64,000 bases of DNA from Setoptus koraiensis (taxonomy: Eukaryota > Animalia > Arthropoda): the NCBI GenBank assembly GCA_048013815.1, contig CM106585.1:22382001-22446000 (forward strand). Direction: 5' to 3'. The notes under the pieces were generated by a model that made no database searches, had not been told where the DNA came from, and worked only from the letters and a program-made list of their open reading frames with translations. Of the stretch, positions 12,316 through 26,658 are shown piece by piece (the stretch's first letter is position 1; every line of letters begins with the position of its first letter). The position numbers and the translations under genes are program-made.

Positions 12316-15300
12316 TTAGTAATCGTCTTCGCTTCTGAAACCCAACAATATTCTCTCGAGTGGTGTCACTTTAGTTTCTTCTTGTATGTTATAATATTCG
12401 CGCAATTCTTCGGCCGGAAACCAGCACAAGCTAAAGTTTTCTGCTGCAATTAAGTTCACTTTAAATACGCGCAACATGGCCACCAACGGTATCCAAATTA
12501 TAGATGACACAACTAATACAAAGCCCAATACAAGACACCACGTTGGCCATGCCTTTGTCTCCAGTGACGCCTTACTCGCTATCCAGGCCTGATAATATAA
12601 TGAGGTATCTAATTCACTGAACGAAGATATCAGTATTATAATTAGAGTTATTGGTGCAAAATAACGCCAGCATAATAATATAAATAGCGGCGGCCTCTTG
12701 CCTGTCATTAGTTCGCAATCGTCGTTGAAACGTTTCAAGCCGTAGATATAGGACACTGCCAGTAACTCAAATAAAGCTATTACAACCAAAGGAAAATTTC
12801 CAGCGAATTGATCAAATATGGAAAACATATAATTGCCGCTGCCGTGTGCAAACATAATAAGTGATATACAGAACGACACTCCACAAATGAGGCCTATTTT
12901 CGTTGTTGATTGCCATTGGACGATTTGATTTAAGATGATGATTATCAATATAAGAGGAAAATTGAGAGGGATTAGAATTAATATGCTTGTCAGATTTGTT
13001 CACGACGACCAGCGTCGATAATCAATAATCGATTATCGATTATAAATTGCGAGCGCAGTAACGGACGGAGCAGGCAAATAAAGACAATTATATAATATAA
13101 ACTTGTTAGACTTACCCGTTGCGTACTCTCGATTCATCTTGGGCGACAACTTTAAATCCGCTATCGACGATAATAGACCCTCGAGAGTTCCAAATTGCGA
13201 ATCTAGACCAAGAGTCAACAACATTAAAAAGAACATAATCGACCATAGATTGGCGTTTGGAAATTGATTGATTGCCTCGGTGAAAACAATAAATGCTAAA
13301 CCTGTGCCAGAGGCGCTCCTATCTAGCTCCTTCTTCAGGTCACATTGGGGTAGATTTGGGATGGAATCAATAATGGATTTTAAATTTTCACTACTTATCA
13401 TGTTGCCTGCATCAACCATAAATTCAATATCACTATCACCATAGTCTATATCATCTTCTGTCCTTTGACTGTCCAATTGCTGATCTAAACTCTGGATGGC
13501 GTTTAAAGCATCATTTAAATCGTAGTAATCAGTGACGGAACCGTCATCTGTAATGCTCGGATGACTAAATACCGAACCATAATCAATAACTTTCAGATTG
13601 TGGTCTCCTAAATAAAAATCAATCATTAATTCTCTATTGGCAACACATTTATCGTACATAATGTTGGCTTTGAAGCCTGATTTGATGCAAACAATATATA
13701 ATGATAGTTTGATTTGAATTTGATTAGTTTGTGTTTCATCATGACCGATAGATTGTTTGCTGTTGGAGAGTGCCTAGTCATTTGTGGCGGATGAATACTC
13801 ACCTAACACGGCGAAAATCACCACGCCGGCATATAATGAGGTCAGACTGTTTATGATGGATACCGTTACGGCATCTTTATAACAATTATTGTTCACTGGG
13901 TTGTATGAGGACAACGCTATGAGTCCTCCGAAACCCAAACCTAGCGAGTAAAACACTTGAGCAGCCGACTGAAGCCAAACATGAGGATCGGCCAGTTTCG
14001 ACCACTGACTCGGCGTTTTTCAAACAGATAAATGAATGATGAGGAGAGATAGATAAATGATTGAGAGAGATAAATAAATGATCAAGAGAGAAAGGGAAAC
14101 GTTGCAGAACTCTATCGCTATAATTGAGAGCTGAACTTTAATTTTGGGAAGTAATTGTGTCTGTGGGGAGGGAAAAGATGCTGTCATTTTGACAGTGGGT
14201 GACGACTTACGTTGGGCGCAAACAAATGATAAACTCCGTCGGACATTCCATCAAGCGACATGGCTTTTACAAAAAAAATTGTCAATATCACATAGGGAAA
14301 AGTTGACGTAATGTATACTATTTTCTTGGCAGACGACAGGCCCTTAACGAGACATATATAGCTTGTGAACCACGATATTGCCAGACATAGTGCCATGTGA
14401 TAATTGAGGCCGGTCCATCGTTCTACGTCATCCGATGTGTCTAATGTTTCACGATACCAGTAATACTGAGTGGGGCTACTATTCTACACGGCGCACATAA
14501 ACAACATGATTGTTTTGGTTTTATTGAGACAGACGGATAATAATAATGTATTGCTGTTAGTACAAAGGCCAACATATCACCAGACATGTAATAAAGTGTG
14601 TATGTAATGAAAATGGTCACTCCGGGTCACGAACAAAGCCATCACGAACGTGCCCACTAAGCAGTGGGTTATCCGGGCTTAAATCTGGCTTTGTGGCACG
14701 AAGGGAACGAAGGAAAAATTTCGGCGCACAGAGCCAAAAAGACTGAACGTTTCTGCCCTGATGAGCCCAAATGATCGAGACCTTATTTATTTTGCCGATG
14801 AGCGACACCGTACCGCTGGTATATCTGATGTGCAAATCGGGCACATGATCAATTGAGAGAGCCCCAAAAACTGGATGAGATTGTTACACACAAATCGCAG
14901 GAGGTTTTTGGGCCTCGCTGCCGAAGGTAACAGGACCGAAAAAGAGGCGCTCTGTGCGCTTGTTACAGAAATTTAGCGAGCTAAATATCCGGCGTATCGT
15001 GCACACAACGGGTTAAATTGATCAACCGATTCATCGATCAGGCGATTTGTTTCTGTGGGGGCAATTCTGTTATTAAGATAACTTGCTCGGCGCGATTATA
15101 TTGATCCCCTAGTTAGAGGTTGTCGCTGTGTTTCTCCTTGCCGATGACACTTTCAGAGGGGTTCGCCTCATCAGAATGGCTCGTATCTATCGACTGATAC
15201 GAGTGGTTAACTACGAGCACGAGCGCTTAGACGTAAAAACATGTCAGAAAGAAACGAAATGAGACAGCACGATACCGACACCGAAAGCGATGCGGAAAAT

Positions 15301-18300
15301 AGAATCGATTTACAGTCGATCGTTGTCGCTCTTGGAAGCGGGAGGGGGGGGGCACTCACTGTCGGCCGGCTTGTTGTGGGGCCCCACCCGACATATCGGT
15401 CTCTATTTGTCCATTTGTCCATGTTGGTCTGTCAGTTCTAGTTTCATCAGACACGACGACCTCTTGAATAGAAAGGAACTCGAACGAATTCCCAGAAAGG
15501 CGCACTCTTTTGAAAGCGCTCGCAACTCTTTGCCCGCGATCGGATCAACATGAGCACTCTCAAAAAGCACAAACACAACACAATTCATTGGTGTCGGTAT
15601 CGCCGAGGGTGTTGTTGTAGGATTCGAAATGCTAACAATGGCCAGACCATTATTATTGCTGTTGTTGTTGTTGTTGTTGTTGCTGTCGTTCAGTATCATA
15701 GATCAATAGATAAAAATAAAGAATAATGCGTTTCGTCGGAACACACCCGTCGTCATCGCACTAATCGAAGCTCCTCTCAACGAGTGCAACGAGCTTGCAA
15801 CCATTGTTATCATACTAAAGGGGCCCGTCGAAAGAGGAGAGATTTCTATCGTTAACAAAGCACCACTTATCCTCACAGTATTGTAAACAGACAGATAGAG
15901 CATTTGATGGGCTATCGCATTCATTTTCTCCATCATCTACGCCAATGATTAAATAATAAATTTAATTTAATTTTTTGTGTTGCGCACAAGGGGCTTCGTG
16001 ATGAGCCTATCGAGACACTTGTGCATCAGCTAACTCAACCTGGCCGCAAGATTTCAAAGAACAAACATCTTCGCTAGATCAAACATGCCAGCTATTGATC
16101 ACGCTAGCGGCGAGCTGCATTGCGAAAATCTTCTTCATCCAAAATAAGGCGGCATCTGCATCGCCGGCAGTAGTTTTATTCACCGTCCACAACTACATAA
16201 ATCGCCTATGATGGACTTGGTCAGATGAAAAATATTCACGTTTGAGCCTTAGACTTTGAAGTTGAAGTGAAGTGAATTAGAAGTTGAAAGTCTGATTTCT
16301 CGATTGGGATTTCGTGTGTGTGTGTGTTTTTTTTTTCGGATAGAAATCGCATTTTGAAGTTCGACTGTTGGGTCGTTACGGCACAACCAACGATCATCTG
16401 GCCGTTGCCTCAATGCTTGTTTTTCATGCGATTCATCTGACCAGCAACTCAAGCGTAATCTTTGATTGATGGCCCTCGAATGGCGAAATTTCCGATTGTT
16501 TGTATGGTTTCTATTTTCTTTTTCTCGCTGCAAGCGCTACGCGAGACGCCCGTCTCAACGACGTTTTCCTGTTCAATTTTTCAATCTCAATTTTTCTATC
16601 TCACGTCCATGAACGTGTGCAGCTAGCTCACGAGGCTCGGAAAGAGTATTTCGGGGACTATTTCGAATTCGTTTCTTGCGTTTCTTATCTGTGTCACTAC
16701 AGTAATATCATTGCGATTAAACTCTCTTTCTCCGATATAGATTTTTGCTCGTGCTTACCTGACATTCTATTGTGTAGTCGCGATGTGCGCTGGCTGGTCT
16801 CGCTGTGAACTGATTCAAGGCTGGCGTGTTGTCATCGACAGAGGAGTTACCTCTTGATGGGCAATGAGTAAATGGCAGAGGGGACTTTAAACTGGACCAA
16901 AGGTAATATATGCACCAGGCAACAATAGTATTGTAATAGAGTCCAATATTGAATGACACGATCGCCGAAGCTATCCCTAAGCCGGCGGCAAATGGTGATA
17001 CCAAGTTCCAGCAGGATACCGCGGCCTTTCGTATCCGTTGACCTATCGCAAGCTCCAAATAGAACAATGGTATACCTGATTTGCAAAGAGAAACGGTGGA
17101 TTTCATGCAAAACATTCAAGAGAAAGACCCGTGAGTTGATTGCAGTTGTCTATTGTGACATTGGTGTCATTTTTAGCCAGAAAATCAAATTGGGACCAGT
17201 CTCGATCGGCTCAAATTTTCTACTTTACCTTCTACAATCAACATTATTACAAAGGGTATAATGAAAGCGGCTCCTCCATTTTTTTGCACCAACATGGGAA
17301 ATCTCCACACATTGCCCAGGCCAATGGAATAACTATTTGAGTAACAGGACGGGACGGAATTTTTAATTGAAGCAGATTTCTTTTTTTTTTTCGAAATTTC
17401 ACATGCAATAGGGATATAGAAGGACGTTTTGTGGCAAATTCAACAAACAAAATCGTCACAGTTTGAATGAAGACGAAAACATGTTTGGCTCATCGATTTC
17501 AAGCATTCAGCGGTGAGAGATAAATGCGTATATTCTGCCAAAAAATGCATCCCATACGAAGGCAACGCAGAAATTTCGAGTTTTTCTCCGCGATCAGCCC
17601 CAACCGAAAGTGTTGCTACTCACAACGAGGGCTATATGAGTCTTTCGAGTCGAGAGAAGCATCCGGGTGCTAGAATTGCTAATTGGTGCATTGGTTCAAT
17701 AGCATCGAGTGATTTATCTAGCAACTGATTCATTAAGCTGCTCAATGGGAACACTGTAGCAATATCAGATATAAGAATAACAAAACAGATGCAGAAATGA
17801 CCTCTCTGTCTCTATGCAAGTTGCCCTTATTAAGCCACTCACATATGGCGAGCTGGTTGTTTGGCGCGAACTAGATTCCTTTGCTAACGAATATGCTAAT
17901 CAGGGCCCGAAAAACAAACTAGGGCGAATCGTTGATCAACATTGAATCAGTGATTATGTAAATAAGTGATGTTGGCCACAGTTACAGTTACAGATAAACA
18001 TTACCTATAGTAGTAGTATAGTATGGGCTAACAATATTATGATACATGCTGCAAACAAACGAGTTGCATAACACGTGAAAGGGTTGGCATAACACGTAAA
18101 ATACATTACGTAATGCGCACAATGTGCGCATTACGTAATGTATTGTGTGTATTGTGTGTATTGCGCACAGTGTGTTAGTTGTGATGATATTTGCATGTAT
18201 CATGATAAATAAAGCAGCAAAACAAGACAGTGCAGTGATATATGGGCACGCTTTATGAGGAACGTGACAACAGAAAATTGATTACATAATCAGTGAGCAG

Positions 18301-18436
18301 CTAACCTGGTAACAGCGAGAAAATATTGCAACTTGGATTCCCACATCTCTCGCGCCTCGTCGCCTTTCCAGTTGAATTGTTCGTGGTCGCCACGTAATTC
18401 GTTGACCATATCCATGGTATATTTCTCTTGGGAGTT
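12316..18436 (-). CDS. SLC6 Na+-dependent neutral amino acid / orphan neurotransmitter transporter (NTT4/SLC6A15-20 type)
   Basis: Exons on minus strand: 18436-18306, 17332-17229, 17075-16759, 14483-14211, 14004-13803, 13676-13116, 12893-12316, all GT-AG and in frame. Motifs [86 protein letters not shown]. First ATG in this exon set is at 18415. Confidence 0.92.
18072..18144. promoter_or_regulatory. Intronic E-box plus 45-bp palindrome carrying two PAR-bZIP sites
   Basis: CACGTG at 18072-18077; arms 18100-18121 and 18123-18144 are perfect reverse complements, each containing ATTACGTAAT. Confidence 0.5.
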
Positions 18437-20869
18437 CTAAGTGTGAGCCAAAGTAAAGTTTGCATAAGGAAGAGAAGAGAGACAGAGAGAAACGTTATTA
18501 TTAGCTCATAGTATCAATGTATGTTTGTTTATTAATGAGGCCGTTTCAACTTGGGCCGCCTCTATCGACCAATATCGACACGCCGGCGCTGCAACAAGAT
18601 TACAGGTTGTGCTAAGCGAAGCTACGAAAACCACTCATTCATTATTACTATATTTCGTTTCGAATTTATATATTATAATAATAATAATAGCGCGAATCAA
18701 TCCAAACAGATCCGCATGGAGCGCATCGTATAAATATTCGCATGTGAACTGTCGCTATACAACAAGCGGTAATTTACATACTGTAGCGACTGACAGACGA
18801 GACATATCTTTTATTGGTCTATGCGACAAATGATGGCACCAATAAAGAGTGAGCGGGATCAACGATTTTTGCATCAATCGACTGTAGTTGGCCGACATCT
18901 CACACGGCTAATCATACAATATAGTTTGCTATATTTTGGCTGTATGTGGATGGTCGCCGACGAGCATATTTACATGCGAGTCACGAAATATGCAGCTACA
19001 TTTCTATTGATGCTTGTATGATGAGGACATAGTTGTAACGGTAATTGTCGCGCTCTTGCAATTAAGTTTTTGCCCAATGGCATTATAAGGCAATTAAATT
19101 ATCAATATTTATGTGGCAACAACAGACACGTCACATTACGCAACATAGTGCCAGCATAGTAGACAGGTGAGCCGCTGGCGAGACGTGCCAACGACGCACA
19201 GAATTGCCAATAGAAAAAGAAAGAGATCATTTCTATTGGCGAGACACAGGCATTTGTTTTGCTTTGTTGATTATCTTCAATTAGCTCACAACATTAAAGT
19301 ACCTATGTAATAAGAGTCGCCAATTTGTGTGGAAATATCACATGTAGTGCAATGGACACAATGGTGGCACAATATGCGAACAGTGGCTTGATATATGTCG
19401 TTTATCATAATGTTTCGTCTTGTGTCCATCTATACGGGTGATATATGGTGATACTGGCCCGTAATTGCGTTAGCTTGAGCAGCTTCTTACAGTTTAATGC
19501 GGCCCTAATCAATGGGCAGGCAGCATTGGATTAGTAAATACTGTTTGACGCTTCAATGCTTATTATGTAATGTTATGTACGATGTTTATATCGTTGTTGG
19601 ATGTTGTTGTATCGGATTGCACCACTAGTCGTTGTTGTCGCTATTGTTGTTGTTGTCGCTACTGGTCACATCAGACTATGATCACACTATGATCAGACTA
19701 TGATGATTATGGACACACAATAGCAAGTGCAATTGAGGCCACTCTGGCGAGCCAAAACTGGCCAACTCCTGTAACACATCAACTTTATCTGATAGCTGTA
19801 ATGGGACCCGAGGTAAACATCTTGAATCGCTACGATGATATTAGTCAGACGGCTGGATTAGTTAACGCTTGGCCAGTATAAATCTTGTTGCATTGTCTGT
19901 TTCTGTGTCTGATAGACAAAGGCAAGTTTAATTATCACTTGAGCGCGACAATTAATTGATATGAGACTCCGTCGACCCAAGGGCCCCAGATCCACCTGTG
20001 CAACTGCTGCGAATTCTCTCAGGATTTCAGTTTGCGCAAGTTTGCCAGTTGCCAGTTGAACTCATCAGTCCAGGCTAATCAGCAACTAAATAGAGCCAAC
20101 TAAAACACACCATTGGCCTAATTTCTAAATGGACCTCTCTAGTAGTCATCGGTGGTTCGTGCGCAAAGCAATTACACGGTAGCCCTAAAAAAGGCCCCAA
20201 CTTCAACTTCTATCAGTTGCGCAAGTTCATTATACACATAGCGCGCGCGTTGGCTTCCGTTTCTAAACAGTCAACAAAAACAACTGGCCCCTATAAGGGC
20301 AACCCAATAATTAAACATTCTCACTTGGCAAAAGTGTTTGTATTTCTGGTGCCCCAAGCGCCAGAAAAGCTAGCGCTTTTCTATGCTTGCACTGTTGTGT
20401 TGAAAGGCAGGCCTCGTTTTTTTTCTCTCTTTCAAACGGGCGAAAAATTACGCCCTTGGCCCCGTTGACAGTTTTTCTGGCTGGCGCAATCACAGCTTGC
20501 TTGTGGTGAAAAATTCTGTGCACCAATCCAGAGCCTCTTAATTGATGCCTCATCTAATTGAATTTAATCATTATCTTTGGGCCAGCCTCAACGGATGAAA
20601 TTAAAGTCGGCGGAGGTGGCTTCAATATGCGTCTCGCCACTGAAGAATGTTCCGAACAAAGCGAACATTTGCTACATTCAAACATATGGGCCGGCTCTCC
20701 GATGAGTCGAGTTCAGTTATGAATTCTCATCATGATCGAAAAATGTATAAATATTGCACTTGGCTCAAAAAGCGCGCAAAAGGCACCCGACCGAGCAACC
20801 GTCACGGACGAATCATTGGAGCGAGGGAAAATTCAGAAAAATTTAGCCGCGAATGCGGAAAAATCTAAA

Positions 20870-20953
20870 TTTTTCGCCAAATTTCTCGCTAGATTTTTCG
20901 CAAAATTTTTCGCTAGATTTTTCGCCAAACTTTTCGCTAGCTTTTTTCGTGAA
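20870..20953. repeat. 12-bp-period minisatellite (TTTTTCGCCAAA / TTTTTCGCTAGA alternating, ~7 units)
   Basis: Units read directly at 20870, 20882, 20894, 20906, 20918, 20930, 20942. Confidence 0.85.
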
Positions 20954-23900
20954 ACAGTTGCAAAGCATATTAATAATGCGGCATTATATCGGGCAGCTTG
21001 TTGTATTTCGTGTGTCCAGGGGCCAAGAATGTCGCCCATGAGTGCAGCCAGTGCTAGTTACGAAACAAAAACGCTCATCCATGTCGTTTTCGTTTTAAAA
21101 ATCAGTCACCTGATTTTTCGAAAAGTTGCATCTCGCTGCAAACAATGCAACGGTTAATTTCTATGGATAGTCTCGATAAAACAGCGATGTTTTGGTTGTT
21201 TCAAAGTTGAGCCAGACTAATATGCAATGTATACATTGTTTGTTAGTGCATAAACTAAGTAGCAAACTACTAATCTACTTTGCGAGAAACTAATATGCTC
21301 CATTAGGCGTGTGGGCGTTTTTTGCACTTGTTCTGATGGACTGCACAACAGTGAAGAATGTTGTTTGCGTTGCGCAACAGAAGAGACAAGTGCATTAACC
21401 AGAAATAAAGTGGCGCCGGCCGGGCCCCATTTCGCCGGCCGGCTTGTATATCCGGTAAGAGGAGTCATGCGAGATTGGTTTGGAAAATTTCACAAATGAT
21501 CGCAAATGATCTGGCCCCATCTAAACTACTGCTAACACTGCTAATACTACTTTTGCTCGTCAGCTTTGTGACGGCTGCTCAGTGGGGCCGTTTATCGTTT
21601 GTCTGATGCCAAAAACATTAGCGAAGCGCGTTGATTTATTTAGTAACGGCGTCAAATACGCACGCACCCACTGGCTCGGTTGTTGAGTTGATTTTTTGCC
21701 CATTGGTGCCATTAGTGGCGCTACTGGCGTTGTTTTGTATAATAAGAAGAAGCAATTTTAATGGCAAACAAAAGAATCGCAAGCATCACGCGCTTGCACC
21801 GGATATGGTCGTCGGTGAGGCTTCGCCGAGGTGACTCGGCTGGCGGCGCCGTCTAGTTGCATATTGTTGCATAATAAAGCTGCTTATGTTGCTGGCTGTC
21901 TGTTTGTCGAGCGGGCTGTCTGGCTGGCCGGCTCGGCAGTCGACATTGATGAGCCAATCGTGTGTGCCAATAGACGATGCAAATACCACACGCCGAATAC
22001 TGGCCCCGCATGTATAATCCGTCTGATAGGGGGCCCTGAAAGAGGCGCGATAGAGGCGCCGCCAACTGCCTTTCGGATTGCCTATATCTGGTGTCTGGTC
22101 ACATATCGCACCAACGACGAGCACTGCTGCTGACAACAACGGCAAAAGAATGGGCACTTCACTCTACTCTTTTGATGCTTGATTGCCACGTAGTGGGCGC
22201 ACGGACAGCGCGCCCTCGTTGACGTCGACGACGGCGACACTGTTGTTGTTTTGCGGTGACAAACAACACCCCATTGGGGCGCCCGAGGGCGCTCGCCAGG
22301 CCGCCATTATGCCGACCGGGTGACGCCTCAATCGGGCGCTTCGGACATTGGCGCTGTCAGTGGCTGGATCGAGTGTCTAGATAACGGTGTGCAGTTGTCG
22401 TTGCTTGTTTGCGCGCTGTCTAGGTACGTCTAGTCTAGTTTGTGTATCGGCGCCAGCAGTGAGTGACCTGCTGACTCGGCTGGTTTGCGCCAAGATTATT
22501 ATATATAGATAGCGGTATTGCGACATTGCGAAGCAGCAACAACAGCAACAACAGCAACAACAGCGACAGCAACAACGACAGCAACGACAACCACAACAAC
22601 AATGAGACAAATAGGCGACAAATGGCCACTGGCGAGCATAAGGGGGCGCAGTTTCGTTGCTGATTGTGTCAGCCAGAGAAAAAGAATGGCGCGCCCGGTC
22701 TGGAGAAAAGAAAGAGTTCCACTGGGGCCCACCACAAACGGCTGCATATCTGCTGTCTGTTGCTGGTCGCCAGCCAACGGGCCCGCTAACAAGCTACTCT
22801 CACCTTCGGTGGCAGGCCGATGAAGGTGACAATCCAATGAAACCAAACAAAAAGAGAATGAAAGACAGGTATCGCGAGTGACGAGCGTTCGAATGACATG
22901 ATGGCAATTTTCTCGGATTTCTATCTGGCGTGCTCTCGTATTCGCGATGGCGCACCCGAACACAAATTTATCATGCGATTTATCGTGCGCGCTAGCTCTG
23001 GTATCTCGGCCGAAGTGAGCGCACTAAATTATTTGGTGCTAAATACGAATTAGGAAATTGTCCGACAATTATTGTCGCGGATTTTGCTACAACTTTCCTC
23101 AAGCCATCCGGCAAACATGCCATGAGCACGCGTGAGTATCCAAATAAGTATGTTAATAAATATTCCAAAATGTTGTTGAAATTATTTTCGCTCAAGTGCG
23201 ATTGTGATTTTGCCAAAAAATGGTTGGCAACAAAATGTTGGTGCTCGCCGGAGATGTCGAACATCGGATGTCCCTTCAAACGTGAATTTGCCCCGTCTCG
23301 ATATCGGCGCAAAAGCTCTAGTCACTTGGTATCAGCAAGTTGGCAAGCTCGGTGCGGGCCAAAATCAATCTGCTGTGAGCGTTATATCTCTTTCGATGCG
23401 CTTGCGTGTGCCACGGGCCCACAATGTGAGGCCCACAATGTGAGCTATATGTGATATATGGTTGGTCGCATTCGGCTATCCGTTTAGCATGCAACATCCG
23501 ATCATGCTGCTTTTGCTCATTAATAAAGCGCCTCATTACTTGATTGCATCGTCACGATGATTTCGTCATAGTTTATTAGTTTATTGAAACACACGCGCAA
23601 TAGGAAGCCAACTAGATACAGCTTAATGACCTTGCCAAACCGAACAGTATATATATATATATGCAGGCCCTAATGAAATTGCTAGCTTACCCACGCACAC
23701 CCTGTTGGCTGCGCAGATAATATAAACAGAGAAACGCGCACAAACACGTAACAATCACGTACTGGGGCCCCGAACTGTAATCAGAGCAACCACAGAGATA
23801 TGACAATGCAACTTTGCAAGCATCATGTCGGCATTAGACTCGTTCCAGAGTTCTAGGGGGCAACCGAGACACAACTGGCCAAGCATAAACATTACATAAC

Positions 23901-26599
23901 TGACAATCACATCTGATTCATCTGGTTGTGATCGCCATCAAATGTACATTTTCTGACATCAATGGTCGTTCTCTAGTGCCAGTTGTCACAATTGGCACAA
24001 TCGGCCCGCCAGGCCAATTCATAAAAGCTTATAATATAATCTTTATTTATTATATCGCAGTTTGTGTAATTATTGTCTGTATTTATGCCTATCGGTCAGC
24101 ATATACGCCGGCACGTAACAGGCCTGCCGGCAAGCAGTTTGACAAGCTCTGACGGTCTAACCCGCTCCAAGTTGAAAGTTGCAACTAAATCCAAGCCTGA
24201 AATTATGATATTACAATATATTTAATTATATTGCAAACAAGTGGAAATTGCTAGCCTCGGCTTGAGCACAAGACAAGTGGGCGCATTTATATTGCCATGG
24301 CACGAAAATAAAAATAAAAATGCCCGTCTCTCAACGACCAGAGCCGAGTTGCCGACGAAGGTCGGCAGAGCATTGAATCCTTCATCGAGCTTATTATTCA
24401 CTCTGACGACAATTGTGTGGAGAGGCACCCAGTCTGGCGCATCCGGCCACAATTGGCGATCATCGAGAGCTGAGATTAAGCTCAAAATTCGTTTTCTCCA
24501 AATCGCACTCACTTTAAATCCCATCAGCTGTGATGCAGATTGGTATTGGCTTGCGTGAGAGCCAATTATGGGGCCCATTTACAGCAACAATACAATTTAT
24601 TATTGCTACACTCATTTTGCAAATGACAATTGTCGACTTTGCACACTTTGTACATACACTTTACACTGTACCAAAGGTTTATACAAAGTGTTGTCTGGCC
24701 AGCACTTTATTTTATATTTTATACCATATAGTATTGGTGCACCGTCGTGTCTCGTTGCAGTTTGGCAAGCTCTGGATGTTGCTTTAACCGCTAACGTGAT
24801 CACAATCAGGATAACTCGTTTAACGATGTTTGTTGTCGGTGTTGGCTGGCCAACAAACGGCTAATACGATAGCCCAACAACCTTGATAATAACAACAACG
24901 GTCGTAATTGCATTTGCAAGCGTGGTCCGAATAACAATCAATACAAGTGAATTATTGCAAATAGTGCCAGCGCTGGCATGATTGAGAAAAATGATGATAG
25001 AGAGGATTATATTGTTATTGAGTTGTTGCATTGTTGTCGTCGTTGTTGTTTGTTTGGCTGCGAGAAATTTCTTCATTGGTGCCCTTCGACCAACAATTGT
25101 GGCAATTGTGGCCATTGTTATTCGTGTTGTTGGCGCTAAGTTGGGGCCAAGTGCTCGTGCACTGCGCCTACACAAAACAAGATCAATCAATGGAGAAAAG
25201 AGAAAATTGGGGCCCTCGACCGATGATGGCTTGCGCTGTGTGTGCGTCGGCTGTTCACCGGACACCGGATAGGACCGGCACAGACGAGATAAATCGCCCC
25301 AGACTATGGCGCGGCGCGGGCTCTGTGGCACGGGCTGTGTGGCACGGAGAGACGCTCATTCGAGGCGAGCCATTCTCGCCAATTATCCGGTCCTGATTAA
25401 CCGTCGCACGTCGCCATACCCGCACCCTCGCCCAGACCCATACCCGGTACACCGGTAGTACCGGTCCGGTACCCAGAGCCAAGTGTTGTGATATAGCCGG
25501 CAAATGGCACTCGCCAGTGGCCACCGGTGAGTGGCAAATAGAAATAAATTCAATTTACTCAAGGCCGGCATTTGTTTGCTCTATTAGAGTGCACACAGAT
25601 TGGCGAATTGCCGGCTATCAGTATGACACTATCTCGTAATGTGGTGACACAAAACTACAACCATTTGCTACACACCATCGTACCATATGACACCAGGTAA
25701 CGCTGACACTCAGCTGTATTTTGTAGCTGTCAATAGCTGTCAAGAGTCAGCTGACAGTTACTGAGTGTTTTACAACACAACAAAGTGTCAGCATGTTCTC
25801 GCCCAAACCAATCCATTTGTGTGGCCTCATGCTTTGTATTTGGCTTTGTTTGTATTTAGTGTCAAGTTAAATTGTTAATAAATTGTGACGCCGCCATATA
25901 AGTGTGCCACTATCACTGTTATACTCATGAGTTGTCAACAAACAATTGCAGTCAATAAATTATAACCTCAAATATCTTGCCGGCTCAGCTAACACGTGAC
26001 AGCACGTGATATTGTTTCGAGTGGGGCGCCTCGCTGCAAGCGGCCGACAAGAGAGAAGTCAGTGCGTTGCCAGGCGACAAGATGATGTTATAAATATTTT
26101 ATTTTATATTATGTAATATTCAGTTTGTTGTGCTTGCGGGTGCAAGCCAGTGCATGCATAGATAGACTAATATCAATACCATAATTATTGGCCGGGCCCC
26201 ATTGTGTTGTGCGAGCAAGTGGGTCGTTCTATCTTGTCCCTTGAACCTGATTCATCAATGCTGAGGCCGGATAAAATTAATGATGCTATCAAGGCCACTG
26301 TCGAGGCCTCTATGGAGGCATCGAGCTGGCCTTGCGGAGACATGCTAATGCCAACAATGGTGCGTCGTGACAAACGTCGATTGTCATCATTAGACGACCA
26401 AGGCAACTTGCGCTGTATTTGCGATATTTCAAATAACAATAATATAATGACAATGATAATGGTAATACATGTAGTAATAATGATAATAATAAAATGGGCA
26501 AGTGTGCAAACGCAAACAAATGAGCCAAGCGGACACTCATAATTGTTCTGGCCCACTTAGGCAAATACCAGCCCGACTTGGCCGGCGGTGCGGCTTGTC

Positions 26600-26658
26600 G
26601 CCGGATTGCCGGGTTGCCGGGTTGCCGGGTTGCCGGGTCGCCCGGTTGCCGGGTTGCC
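26600..26658. repeat. 8-bp tandem repeat (GCCGGGTT)n, ~7 units
   Basis: Direct reading. Confidence 0.85.

Noticed and set aside
21786-22157. 123-aa minus ORF with signal-like start and YTCGAS (protease-like)
   Set aside because: Starts at GTG, lacks His/Asp/Ser catalytic motifs and has no splice support.
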